This document shows positions 1 through 14,676 of a stretch of 64,000 nucleotides of DNA, piece after piece. The position numbers and the translations under genes were made by a program. The DNA is from Perkinsus chesapeaki ATCC PRA-425 (taxonomy: Eukaryota; Protista; Perkinsozoa), in NCBI GenBank assembly GCA_013115145.1, contig JAAPAO010000020.1, forward strand, positions 62,001 through 126,000. Reading direction: 5' to 3'. Within the stretch, counting starts at the first letter, position 1, and every line of letters begins with the position of its first letter. A model generated the notes under the pieces. The model was given only the letters and a program-made list of their open reading frames with translations, was not told the origin of the DNA and did not search any database.

Positions 1-1069
1 GTAGAGGAGTCCCTCCATGGACCATAAATTCATAGACTGAACCTTTACATACTCATTTACATTCATAATGAGTATGTAAAGTACCAGAGAGTATGGTGGG
101 AATAACAGGCAATGCGGGAAAGAGATGGTATGTGTCTCCAAGACAACGGACAAGATAGAGAGCTTATACAGTAAGACCTTTGGAAAACTCCCCAACGACG
201 AGCTGCGAGAGGTTTCAACGCAACTGCAGTAACTTCGAAGAGTAACTCGTAGCTTACCTATCATTGCCCTTTGCTGAGCACTCTGTGTCTCCAATGCCTC
301 CACCGCGGCCTTCACCTCGCCCACATTCACGGCTGCTATATGCCTCCCCCCTCCTCCTCCACTGTCCATCCTTCTCTGCAACCTTTCTATCGCTTCCGCC
401 TGTCCACTGATAGCCTTCCTTAATCTAGCCATTGAGTCCTCAACACACTCTATAGAGGACCCCATCCGTGGCGATATTCCCTCCAACTTCTTCTCTATTT
501 CTGATATCCTCATTAACATTGACCTCTCCACGCTTTCTTGAAACCCATCAAGCTTCGCATCCAGCGCCTTCTCAATGCTCTCCAGCCTAACCCTGAGTGC
601 ACTGTCCACCGTACTGAGTTGGTCCCTAGTAACACTCTCGCCAGAAGGACCACGGTGCCCCCAGGCATCACTGGTGCAGGGCGACCTGTCGCCTTCCACG
701 AAGCCATCCATCCTAATCGACTGTCGTCTGCACTCGTTCTTCACCGCTTCCATCTCCCTTTGTATCAGAGCCACTTCGCTGGCCATTCTCCTCTCCAGAG
801 CTGCAATGGCATTCCCCGCTTCACTCGAGGCCCCTCTAGCAGCTGCCTGCTGAGCCTGAGTATGGAAGCTGCGTATCAAACTGCTTCTGTGGGGCCACTT
901 CTTTTATTCGATGGAGCTCGTGTATAAGACCATCTATCGCCTCCTGCTGGCGTAGCATAGCCGAGGCCACATCGTACCTGAGCCGCTTGAGGACTGCCCT
1001 CAGCTTGCCCCTCGCCCAGGAGACGTAGCTCATCACTGCTTGCGAATGACTACAGTACCAACGCACCAT
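1..1069 (-). CDS. Hypothetical coiled-coil protein, multi-exon; 3' end probably near or beyond the window start
   Basis: Hand translation of ~266-870 (- strand) gives an uninterrupted helical, charged exon (AAARGASSEAGNAIAALERRMASEVALIQREMEAVKNECRRQ...LESIEKALDAKLDGFQESVERS...QAEAIERLQRRMD...QSAQQRAMI) ending at a G|GTAAG donor. This frame is missing from the supplied ORF track. The upstream exon lies in ORF 836..1081. Confidence 0.55.
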
Positions 1070-1129
1070 ATCCGTTCGCAATCAGTAAGTATCAATTTTT
1101 ATTATATCTGTCGGATACAGCAATATTAA

Positions 1130-3600
1130 CTAATTAGGAGGGCAGGAGCACAAGGAAGCCGGGACCAACGAATGCCAAGCCGTCGCTCTATCTGTCTCTA
1201 GTGGATAGCGGTGCCCGTCGCACAGTAGCTCAGTACGAGACTGTTGGCAAGCCGTAGGAGGGAGATAACATACGTCGCGTTCCCTGGTGCTGATGCCGAT
1301 CTAGGGGAATCAATTGAATGACGTCGAGTATAGGAGCGATGGACCTGCAGCAACCCTTGCACCCGGGTTCGATCCCTGGCACAGGCACCTCGACAAAAGG
1401 CATTTTAGAAGCTGCCGCCCCGCCGAAGAGTGACGTCGGTAGGTCTCTGGATGATATCGACCGCGGAGGTGACCGTCCAATCTCCATCAGGTGCTTATCA
1501 GTCTCTGCCAGTATTTTGGCCACAGCATTCCTATCATACCTGCAGTCCGACATTTTAGAGGCAAAACTGGCTAACTCCTACATAGACGATGCCAGTGAAG
1601 GCGAAAGGCCTAAGTTCGGGGAATATTGCATAAACGGGCTGCTCTTCCCTAGGGAACGGTCGTCCAACTAAAATCACTATTTGTTCGGAAACAACGTCAT
1701 CCCATCGGTAGCTTCGCCGTGGCGGCCGCTGACCAGCGTATTCTGACACCTCTATCCATGTGGCTATCAACGACATGTTCTCTATGTAAAACTCTTGCCA
1801 GTAGGCGTTCCCTTCCTTCGTCTACTGCTGCCTCTTCTTCCCCAGTCTCAGCCGTCACCGTATTCCTCCGCTGTGCCCCTCGCTCCCTCAATGGTCTTGT
1901 ACCCTCCATCTTTCGCTGGCCAGTCTGGTGACCGCCGCCACCAGTAGCCGTTGCCGTTCGTTTGTGTTGCTGCAGCGCTATCGGTTTCGGATCTTTAGTG
2001 TTATCGAATGTCCTTCGCCAAGTGTTAATTGCTTGCTCCTCTCCTACATACCCAAATTCCTTCACATTCGGCATCGTTCGCGCAAAGTCCTTCGCCCGCG
2101 GGCAGTCTACACCGATAAGGTCACTATCTTGCCACCTCCCATGTATCCTAAGCGACCACCTCGGCTCCCCACAGGAACTCGATCCTTACCGGGAGAGTAC
2201 GTCTTTGGCAGCCTCAGGAAAAATCTCAGACGGAGGCTCTCTGTTAGTTCTCACGAACTTCGTGCCGATCTCAACACGCTTGTAGAAGGTAGTCCCCAAA
2301 GCCTGCTAAAAATGCATGCTGCGGGGATCGAACCCGGGTGGATAATTCACCTTGGCCATCGTAGATAGACCGACCAACTCCGGCACTTTGTCATATGCAT
2401 ATACCCTAGGCTGTTTCTGGTTCACCAAGGTCGCTGGGACCTCCTCGCCTTCCTTCAGTGGATACAGTGAATGTTGCACTTTGTACCTCCCTCTGGCCAT
2501 AAATGGTAACCCATGAGCGAGTGCCTAAGCAGACTTGCCTATAGCAGCAGAAGCATTGATAACATAGAGTTCTATCATCAAGACATATACGATGTCAGTG
2601 GCTAATATGCCACTCAGTAAGAGCTTCTTACCGCTATCCGAGGCTATGCTTGGGCACAGTAGCCTTCTTACTAAGAAGGTAACATGTACCGAAGTTACGG
2701 ACAGGTGCCTTCTCAATTACGGCAGTCTGCATTGAACAGAATTTAGAACATTCTCATCAGCATTACTCAACGACGCACACCGTAGGCGACATACGCGCAG
2801 GTGAGTCGACCGAAGCTAAGATATTCACTCACAATGTCCTTCTCCTTCAATCCAAAGTAGTTCAGGGCTTTCACAGCACTGTTCGCCAGACCTATTGGAT
2901 CAGTTGCCCAAGGCCTCAACAGTATCATTATCTCCGACTCTGAGATGTCACCTGCCTCAGAACTCTATCCAGATCTTCCACTGACTACTAGTTCACTTAC
3001 CAAGAACAGGTGAGGTACTAGTCCAGGACGTGAAGTCCTCAGGGCCCCGCTCTAGCCCATCGCCGTGCCTGTCAGTAGAGCCAAATGGCAAAGCCTCCAA
3101 TGGAGACCTACATTCGTATCCACTCCACGAACTGTCTGCCTACTGTACACCGTGGATGGGCCAAGCCAAGGAGGATAAACCGTGGCCGCGAATAGGAGTA
3201 AATACTCATGACAGAGCAACTGAGAAGTCTCCAGCAAGCCAGAGGCGCAAAGCTGGGTTCTCTACAAAACTCAGCGCGCTCAAATCGTAAGTCGCTACCG
3301 ATACACTGCGACAGCGCGAGCCTACTCCTACTGGCTCCTTACTTGTGGGTAATAAAAAGACTGCATCGAACGGAGACACCCTTAGACATGTAATTCAGGG
3401 TTAGGGGTGACAGGACTATGCAAAGTACCCGCCTGACTTTTGCATAGTCTCTCGTATAGGCTGTGCGATAACAATGGCGACGGCGGCGGCCTATACCGTA
3501 TATCCCACTAGTGTTATCCACTAACTCGAGTTCAATATGATAGGAAAGATAGTTGAGTATAGTCATTAGTATCACAGCGGCTGCCAAACAGAACTGAGTA
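1130..3600 (-). CDS. Hypothetical multi-exon protein (possible C2-like beta segments); boundaries approximate
   Basis: Chain of short exons joined by GT-AG introns, e.g. MAK|ALGTTFYKRVEIGTKF, IHGRWQDSDLIGVDCPRAKDFARTMPNVKEFG, ESEIMILLRPWATDPIGLANSAVKALNYFGLKEKDI, and SKMPFVE|IGISTRERD|SRTELLCDGHRYPLETDRATAWHSLVP. No family confidently recognised. Confidence 0.45.
1363..1390 (+). pseudogene. tRNA 3'-half fragment (T-arm, acceptor strand, discriminator) antisense in an intron
   Basis: CCGGG-TTCGATC-CCTGG-CACAGGC-A-CCT: full 5-bp T-stem (one G-T pair), 7-nt T-loop, 7 nt, discriminator. The host intron's GT donor (- strand) is at 1388. Confidence 0.65.
2308..2337 (-). pseudogene. tRNA 3'-half fragment (Gly-like end) with oligo-T terminator, sense within a 48-nt intron
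   Basis: - strand: CCGGG-TTCGATC-CCCGC-AGCATGC-A-TTTTT, then AGCAG acceptor. Intron 2350..2303 joins MAK|ALGTTF, and read-through hits TAG. Confidence 0.7.
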
Positions 3601-3615
3601 AACTGTGGCATATAT

Positions 3616-5904
3616 TTAAGACTTGATATTGCGCTTCTCTGCCATTACTTTACGAAATCCAAAAGGTGGCAGAGCTGGGACACCATGGGGTACCTGTAAG
3701 TGACCATGTCGATCGACTGAATAGTAAAACCAGAAGGAAATGGAGTTCAAATCTAAAGGCCATTAGTAACTTTCGCTGAGGTGCATGGACCAGATGCAAT
3801 GCAATGAGCCATACTCGTTCCAGTGTGGAATACAAATAGGTAGGCCAGGGAGAAAACCCGCCAGGATCGAGCTCCGCGAACCTACCCTATGGGTCCAGGG
3901 CTTATCACCCCACGGGTCGGACATATTACGGCCATCTTCACCGACCTGACGCAGGCCAATACTATTAAGTACCAAAGCCATTGCCCTACCACAACAGGAG
4001 TGGCCTTAGCCTGCTTCGATGACAGGGGCTTGCCATCAAGTCGCTGGCCCTTCCCTTGGAACAGCACCTGAAAGAATCCTCGCCTGTCGGCCTCGAGTCG
4101 CTGTTTTACCGTCTTTCCGGCAAGAGACGCGCTTTCGATGTTATCAGCTACGGACTGAGTATCTGTCACGGCACAATCACGGACCAAACCAGCTCTATCT
4201 CCACAGCAATACGGCGGGAGAAGTCGGAGCGCTCAGGACTGTTACGCAGAGAGCGCCTTATTGTGCAAAGTAACACGGACTTCTCACTTTTCCGCTTTAA
4301 CACAGAAACACGAGAGCATTTCACGTAGCACGACATTGTCTAGTAATAAGATAGTTTATAGCCTCCTGAGTGAAAGTTGCCCAGCTGGAGCTCACCGCTG
4401 CTAGCTATCGTTCCCGGCACACTGGACCCCACGGGCGCCTCTGCTTGTGAAGATGTCGACGGCGATGGCTCGACGTAGTCCTTGGGTGCCAGGAACTCCA
4501 CCTGGAAAGCCATACCATACTTCGCACAAATCACACCGCAAGGACCCACCGAGACGTCCGCTTCAATAATGCTGATAGCATTGGCCGGCTTGCACTCGAC
4601 GACCTCTATCTCGTATCTGTCCCAGTGAGCTGCCTTCCCATAGCGTTCACTAAGGCCTACGTCTTGTCGTTATATTGAATCGCAATGTTATCTCCAGCAG
4701 TAAGGCAAGCGAAATTTCTGAGTGAAAAAATGACAAAGTAAGGCGGTGAATCTGCTGAATACCTGAGAGAGTTCTCCAGCACCGCTCGAGGGTTATGAAT
4801 ATCCAAAAAGTCTTTGGTGACAGGCTGAAGCTTGACCGATCGCCCTTTAGGCAAAGATACGTTCTTAACCCGAACGAGATCGCCTGTACAGTGGAGGTTC
4901 GGACTGCGTCCTGGTTATGCCTTACCTTCCTGTAGAACTAAGTTCTGCATCATCCAGTAGGGTATATAACAGAACCCTTCTTCAGCTGTGAATTCGAGCA
5001 CACCACAGTGAGTGGTACGGGGCTACCCGAAGAGAGGCGATAACCGAGGACGTGAAATACATGTCATTTCAGACGCCAGCAACCATAAGCAACGATAAGC
5101 AGTCTACACCAGAGGAGGGGAAGCCTACAAGGCGTTCTATTTTTCATTTATCATTTCTTCCACATTTATTCTGACCTACATTCTGTCATAGTTATTTACC
5201 GGATGCAGGACATTGTGTAGGATGTGACATTCTGCTGCCATAGCGATCAGAATTATTAGCAATTTATGCCATAGTCGAAAAAGCCACTGAAGTTGTTAAA
5301 CCACTTGAGGGTGAATCGCCAAGCGTGAACAGTAGTTTCTAACGCTAGCGTCGGCCACACTTCTTGAAGATGCATCCTCAACTTACCTCCTTCAAATTTG
5401 ATATCTGAAACAGCATGGGGTAGCTCACATTAAGTCTTGCTAACTGGTCCAAAGCCGATTGAGGCAGAAGTATCTTGTTTCCCTGATATCAATTCGAGTC
5501 GTATACACCCCCTCACACAAGGAGACATCGTTACCTTCTCGAGCTCTTCTCTACCAAGGAAGCTCACCGGATAACAATGATACTGCACGTCGAAGGTGCC
5601 GCCTGCTCCCTGATCGGCAAACCCATCAGACCGTACCCACTATGAGTTAAAACTGCACATTCCACTACTACGTACTATTGCCAACTTAACTAGTTAAGGT
5701 TGTATTTCCTGGCGCGCAAGAAATCAAAATGAAAAACAAGCGATCGACTAACAAGCCAAGGCCGTGGGAGAAATGGGGCAAGGCCGATTCGTCGAGCCAA
5801 GGCTGTGACCTTACCATTGCTCCGAAGAAGCCCTGCAAGAATCCACCCATCTGCGGGTTCACAGGGTCATCACCACCATTATGTGGACCACCGAAGGAGA
5901 ACAT
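3616..5904 (-). CDS. UFD1: Ubiquitin fusion degradation protein 1 (p97/Cdc48 cofactor), multi-exon; 3' end approximate
   Basis: MFSFGG start; [18 protein letters not shown]; [29 protein letters not shown]; [22 protein letters not shown]; [11 protein letters not shown]...[64 protein letters not shown]; SHP-box-like [12 protein letters not shown] at ~4030-4070. Confidence 0.92.
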
Positions 5905-6012
5905 CGAAATTGTTGAAATAACACAAACTGAACAAGGCAGACGATCCCATTTCTGACAAGCCCTCTTGAAACACTGCCCAGAGTAAAAGTCACGTAATCA
6001 ATTTGTGTAGTG

Positions 6013-7720
6013 CTATTTGACATCATCTGAGGTTGGTATAATATCTGATATCCTCGCGTCCAGCTTAGCCTTCACATCTCGAGCCTCAGCCTCCACCGTC
6101 TGTAGTTCCTCCAGCAGCTGCTCTCTCTCCGCACCCAACCTACTGCACTCCTCTTCGACCTCTTTGTCCTGAGACACATGCAACAGAGTCGCCTTAGCTT
6201 ACCTGCATTCAGTAGAGTTCCACTGTAAAGTAGCAACGTATAACATACATACTATTAACAGTACTTTATCATCGAACAAGGTAAGATAGGTGTACCCCTA
6301 CTACCCCTCAAATAGTAATATCTGCTATCCCCTATATTAATATGTTCAATACTACTATAAAGTATGCAAGACAAGTCCCTTAATAAAGCCACAGTATTAT
6401 CAATGTGTGGAATCGACGCTAGTAGTGAGCAGGCAACACAGGCCCTCCATCAACTGCCGAACCGATAGCTACTGTACGGGAGCCGTAAGTAATACCATTT
6501 TCAAAGGGAAAGTCCTTTAGGCATTACAACCAATAACGCTTTCAAATTTGGCAGGCATCGCTACAAAGTGGGTATGCCACCCGGAGACGAGAGGCACCGC
6601 TCACTACACCTCTAGCATAGCCGTCTTCTCACGAGTTCGAACCGCCTTCCGCCTGACCGCCAAATCCCCTCTACTACTGTTATATTATCCGGAAGCCTCC
6701 CCGCGAGTTCCTTCAGGCTCTTCAAAGCCTTCGCCACATCCCTGGCATACTCCGCCGGATTCACCGTCTGCTGCTCTGTCTGACTGGGTGCCCGAGGCAA
6801 TATCCAACTGGTCAACAGAGAAAGCATATCCAGTTCAGAGTGGGAATAAATGTCAGTCTTCCCCACAATTCTAACAGCGTCCTAGTAAACCATTCCCGAG
6901 CGCTGGCACAATTAAAATCAACCGGATTCGTTCGTGAATTCCCCCATTTCGCGCCATGCGGTTGGTCCCACGTTATAATGAACTTTGTAGTTCCTCCTCC
7001 ATTATTACATAGCATCATGCAGCCTCTCGGTTAGGAACATAAGCTGATGCTGCATCGCTGTAATAACACTCTTAGGAGGGGTTGGGCTGGTGTATACTAC
7101 TGCTGGAGGGGTTGCCATAATATAGAGGTAAACGACATACTAATAAAATTCACGTAGCGTGTGTGCTGCCAGCAGAGTACTGATCTGTACAAGGCTATAG
7201 TATTTTATATTCCCTTTTCTGTCTTCAGTGTTAGAGTTACACTCGGTAAATACTTCCCAATGATCATCACTAGGCTAATACTAATAAGAGCTTCCCTGGT
7301 AACATTACAGTCCTTCCGCGGAGTCATGCGACCTCGCAGAAATGTGCTCTTCGAAGATCAAAACGTGTCCTTCATGGAGAGGAGATATATTGGCAATTTT
7401 GCTACAAGATATGTTCCTAAGGCAAGCCTAACATCTGATGTTCCTCCACGCCCCCCTGGTCTGTTCTCCCAGCTCTACCAACCCAACCCAATCTTCCTCT
7501 ACAAGTGACAGCAAAGAGCATGATCATCCAGCAGGAACTTCGCCCACCAGACTTGGCCGTCTGATCTAAATCACAGCAGATCCCCCAGTGTAGTGATGCT
7601 GCTGCTGCTCTCCTATCACCTCTGCCGCTATCACAGCCCGAGCCTGAGCCTCCCTCCGCTGGGAACGGCGCAGCTCTTCCTCCTTCAACTCTGCTTCCTG
7701 TTCTTGATGCTCGGAAATAA
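6013..7720 (-). CDS. Hypothetical protein with C-terminal coiled coil; may be the 3' part of the upstream membrane-protein gene
   Basis: Terminal exon DKEVEEECSRLGAEREQLLEELQTVEAEARDVKAKLDARISDIIPTSDDVK*; internal exons such as AEYARDVAKALKSLKELAGRLPDNI and EHQEQEAELKEEELRRSQRREAQARA; GT-AG introns. Confidence 0.4.
6622..6646 (-). pseudogene. Possible degenerate tRNA 3'-half fragment in an inferred intron
   Basis: - strand GGCGG-TTCGAAC-TCGTG-AGAAGAC-G inside GTAGTAG...ATGCTAG. The T-stem pairs poorly. Confidence 0.35.
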
Positions 7721-7759
7721 CTAAATCACCAATCCATCAGTATTGACAAGGACATCTCT

Positions 7760-10700
7760 GACTAGTGTCCAGCAACATGTCCATATACCAGTCCATCAGA
7801 CATGGTACTACTATGGATAGGGCTGCAAAGGTGGTGAAGAGGATACCAATGATACCAAGCAACTTGTACCTTAGTCAACGCTCAAGTTCAACCACCGAAG
7901 ATAGGAGCCATCCAGCTATCTACGAATCAACCTATCGCGCTTACACACAACTGTTCAAGTAACACTGATGATAGCAACTCACCACCCAGTAAGCAAGCCC
8001 TTAGGACGGAGCTAAACTGAGTGGATAAGATAACTACTTAGAATATCAACCTTTCCGCCGACGTGCCTAACTTGAACTCCAAAGCACTGCGCTGTACTGT
8101 GAGAAGTAGAACTCGGAATGTATTTTTTTGAAGGGTTCCTTCTTGAATGCATCAATCGATGCTGCCCACTCAGCACGAAGTTGGCATATTTTCCCTCCAT
8201 CCGATGGATTACCTTTTCTCACACCCCTGAGGATAGGACACACATTCCCTTTCACTAACATCCAGCCAGATATCCGGTGGAGCATTCTCAGGATACCCCC
8301 GATCCTCGCTGAACTCCCACCCATCCTCTCGGAACCTGCTCCTCGGTCAAAAGAGGTTTTTATTCAGACGTGAAAAACGAAGCCTACAGTAAATCAACTC
8401 CAAAATGAATGCGATGCCGAGACCAAATTTGGAACGGGTCGCCTCGGCCATCTATCGCCCAGCACCGGTGGCTACCTTCTGAAGATCTCCTGTTTAGCAT
8501 CTTCAGGTGGAGGCCAAGTGACCTCAGCACACAAGCTGGTACTGTTAACAGATGGATCGATCTCCTCTATCCTCCCTCGATCTGACATCTCACAGTTATA
8601 TGCCGGGTCTGGGAATCGAGCCTGTGCGCTTTATCATGCAAGAGTGTCGTACGTCGTGGTATCTCGACTGCGGTCTTTGTTGAACATGCTGTCATTTGTA
8701 GAGCGTGACAAAGGCTACTGCTTCTAGTGATCGCCCATGCCCTTATAGTGTTAGCGCTGCTACATGTGATGTGGACCGGTGGTGGCTGCGATAGACACCA
8801 GGCGTATCTTAGGTTGAAGCGGGTAAGATACGGAAATACTCAAAGCAGCGCAAGTCCGCCCGACCCTCCAGCAGTTGTTCACAAATCCCTAGCTAGCTTC
8901 AACCAGTACATAAATTAGACGGCGTTCCTCCAGTTTCTCAGTTACTTGATAAGGTCATCACATTCGCCAATACCGACGATATTTGGGTGGGAGTGGTCGA
9001 GTAAGGGAGATCAATTCCCGATTCAGTCTGAAGCTGCCCCCCGTACTTGGTGAATACAGGAGCAACAGTCCACTGAGATCTGGAGTCCGGATGTATCCCA
9101 TCAACATCTGTTTTACTAGGCCAATCATCACTTGTCACCACAATCACCTCATGATACCGAGAAGTTGGTATCTATCAAACTGCCGCTCGCCTCCAGAATC
9201 CTCCTTTCATTGCAGTTCACAATTAACAAAGACAAATGACACAACCTGGCTACTTCAAGGCTGCTGCTATCCTCAGAGGCTGCATTATGAGGTATTATTT
9301 ATGATCAGTTAAATCATCCTCATCAATACGTACCAGATATCCTATCCAGAGATATACTACCCTCATCAGTGAAAGACTAACGAAATGATGTGTATGCTGT
9401 AATGCTGATACATTCAGATGCATCACACAGCACTCTCTCCCATATGTTGATATTACAATAGGCAATCCATCAGCATCCTTCCCAAGAGATGGTGCTTCAT
9501 ACATTGTATCCCAGGGCAGTACCTGATAGGTAATCCTAACCGATACAGCTTACCATGCTCCCATACGCTACTTGACGACAGCCTAAATTGGTCTTTATTT
9601 GGGTGCTATATATTGAGAGGAGGTAGACCCGGCAAGATATTTCCTCAACTATATACTGTATTTGCAGGAAAAATCTTCGGCAGCTTCGCAAATCTTGCCG
9701 CAACAGAATGTTTTTCAAGATTCCTTCCAGGCCAGCATACTAGCAACCCCTCAGAGGATTCCCAACTCCCTTAATGTGTTTCGATACCGACGCTCCATGC
9801 ATTCACTTGCGGAAAATACGCCTTCCGTACATCCTTCTACTACCGGTTTCTTCCTCAAAGTCCTCACTATACTCTTGCTCAGATTAGCCGCAACAAATCC
9901 ATCAGTTGCATGAACGTAGGATCCATAAGCTGGCTGCTGAGTGTCTAGCTGGGACACAGATATACTGACGCCATCATAGAGCTCCCCAACCTACAAGGGA
10001 GAGAGTCGTCCGGTCATCCAGCCTCCTGAGAATACGTTTCCCAAAGGGGTTTCTAGTACGAGGATTCGATAGGGAAGATGTCGTAAGCAGGGAAAACACG
10101 GAGTGCATTCCCACTGTGTGGGACCCACAGTGTAAAACTTTTGCCAATATGCCCCCTTTGTGTCGGTTGTCCCCTCCCAAACACTACCATTTCTCCCATG
10201 CCCATCAACCTTCCATAACCCAATCCTGTCAGAGCTAGCGCGGGTACTGCCAGGATGAAACTAAAGGAAATCAAGCTTCCAAATGGAAGCTTCCCTCTGA
10301 CCTGCAATGGTAATAGGAAAGGAAGGGCTTGGATGGGGTCAGAGTAGAGGAGAGCCGCGTCTTGGCTGCTAGGACCGGGACAAGCAGGAATCTGATTAAA
10401 GCAGTCATCCACCTTGGGGAAGCCTAGTGGGTAGATATGATAGAGAAAGAGGCCCTTGATTAGGGTGCCCGATGAAGAAGTATTTGAATACGGACACAGC
10501 TGTAACACTCCGCATTACGACATGCTGATATTATCGTCTCAACCCACAAGCTCGGAGAGGAGCTAATGCAAAATGAAGCAGAGAGAGGTTATTTAGCGAG
10601 CTCAGTTGTATCCGGCTTCCTTCCCCTATTACAGTCCCACTATAGCCACTACTGTTAGGGCAAGGTACACAATGCTACGATATCCTCCCACAGGCTGACC

Positions 10701-11181
10701 AGAGCTCCCACTGCCTCCAACGAGCTCTCTTCGGCCTAATCTGATAGAAAAACCGCATTTGGGTAAGATACACTACCTAACACTTTACCGAGCAGCCGGG
10801 GTGTTCCAGTAGGTTATACCAATAATACAGGCGGTCAGTGTACCCAATGTGACGATATAAACAGCATACCTAAGATGAAGAAAAGGAGCATCTTAGACGA
10901 TACCGATGGGCGCTTGCCATCCTGGAAATATTCCGTAATGTATGATACGAGTAAAGATTCATCACAAGGAGTGTTCCGAAGCCCGGTTACCACCTGCCCA
11001 CTGGATACCGGAATTGTCTGTCATCTCCCCGCTCATCGCCCAATGCTTCCTTCATTAATATAGATGACATCCTTCTTGCTTCAAATGCCCTCTCTGCCTC
11101 CTCGTCTAGCTCCTTACGAGTAGGCTTACTGCTACCTCCTTCAGCAGAAGCCAGCCTATATGATCCCGATCGATCACGCAT
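7760..11181 (-). CDS. Hypothetical multi-pass membrane protein, multi-exon
   Basis: Start MRDRSGSYRLASAEGGSSKPTRKELDEEAERAFEARR; hydrophobic exons YRSIVYLALTVVAIVGL, LPFGSLISFSFILAVPALALTGLGYG and RYKLLGIIGILFTTFAALSIVVP. No family recognised. Confidence 0.45.
8601..8625 (-). pseudogene. Possible degenerate tRNA 3'-half fragment
   Basis: - strand ACAGG-CTCGATT-CCCAG-ACCCGGC-A with canonical spacing; the T-loop starts with C rather than T. Confidence 0.35.
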
Positions 11182-11355
11182 ACTAGGCACCACCACCAGG
11201 CTGAGCCCTTCCTAACCACTATACAACTCCAACACACAGTATGAGAGAAATCGGGTATTTGTATCATCATCTGCTAGATGGAACACTCCACTCAGATGTC
11301 ATTTAGGCCTCGGCAACCTTGGGCGCCTGAAGAGCATTACTAAGAACGGTGGGAG

Positions 11356-12206
11356 TTATAGCGTAAGCAACTCCAAAGAGGATTCAACTACGTTAACGGC
11401 GATGCCTGCCTTCTTGTCATTCTCCTTATCATCACCCTCAGGCGCCGCTACCTTCTTCTGCTCCTCCTCAGTGGCAACAGGCTCGTCGAGATCTGGGAGA
11501 TCGTCAGCGTCGCTTTCGTCATCGGAATCAGGGGCGTCCATTCCTTGGCCTGGAGTAGTCAACTTGAGCTAAAGATACCATTATTAGATATTACCCATCT
11601 GCCCCATGAAGTCCTGCATACCGGCCATATCGAAGGCATTGCCACCGGGCTGAGAATAAGACGTTATGAGACTAAAGAGCGAGATGTGTCTACCTGCTCT
11701 GAGGCCTCGCCATCATCCCATCGTGACCAGTCAATTTGGATCCAGGAGGCCTAAAATATCAATCTGACCTCGTCTGGATCTCGCATGCTTCGAGGTAAGA
11801 TATGAAAATGCTGCTGTACCTACCCGGATCTTCTCGCTCGTAAGACGGGGCCACTCGTCAGCCGCCTTCTTCTTTAAACAAAACTCGACAAGTCGTTTCT
11901 GCGAGTATCTAGTCATCGCAACACATACCCATCGGAACCATCCATGCCTAGGAGCTCACTTGGATTCTTCAGGAACAATCTCAGCGTAAAAAGTGATATC
12001 AAAAGCATACTTATCTCCATGAGATACACCAGAGAACTTCAGAGTAGTGGGTTTGAGGTCGACCTAAGGGAAGTAGAGTCCAGTAGTCCAGTAGGTTCGG
12101 TAGGGACCTTCATATCCTCAACGCCCGAGAGATCAACGGTAAGCCATACATGTTCGTCTCTCTGGGCCCACTTAAGATTAGGTCGAAGAACGGCAGTGGT
12201 GGACAT
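11356..12206 (-). CDS. p23/Sba1-type Hsp90 co-chaperone (CS domain with acidic tail)
   Basis: MSTTAVLRPNLKWAQRDEHVWLTVDLSGVEDMK; RLVEFCLKKKAADEWPRLTSEK; acidic tail DSDDESDADDLPDLDEP. The KWAQR and WPRL motifs are typical of p23. Confidence 0.85.
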
Positions 12207-12614
12207 TAGTCTTTATCAAATTATATACTGATGGCTATGTTATGGAGAGTGAAGCCGATATAGGCGTACCGATATAAGAGGAAGCTCTGTTCAATGTACT
12301 TGCAGGTACAATGAACTGAGGGGGACGATGCTCTCATTCTATAACAGCCAAAGGTTCCCCTCTGGCATTGTGCAATAATGGCGGAGCGAAGCGATTCATG
12401 AATTACATTTTCGTTTACTGCGTAACTTGTGGGCAATCCCTATGCACAGTAGTTCCTAAAGGCACCTGTTCCTCTTACAAATGCCTTTTGAAACTACTTC
12501 TTCAGTAAATCTTGTATTTGCCAACCCGAATTTCTGGTGACATAGCTAATAGTAGCCGTGACGCAACAATTCATCCCACCATTCCGATCGCCGTGCAGTT
12601 TTTACTCTTCGGCA

Positions 12615-14676
<2,062 letters not shown>

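Noticed and set aside
3855-3880. GGAG-CTCGATC-CTGGCGGG-TTTT in the UFD1 3' region; also GGAGTTCAAATCT at 3742
   Set aside because: Spacing and stems are too degenerate to separate from chance.
4290-4319. Possible separate gene starting [10 protein letters not shown] just downstream of ORF 4340..4549
   Set aside because: The SHP-box-like [11 protein letters not shown] at about 4050 indicates UFD1 continues through this region, so this ATG is probably intronic.
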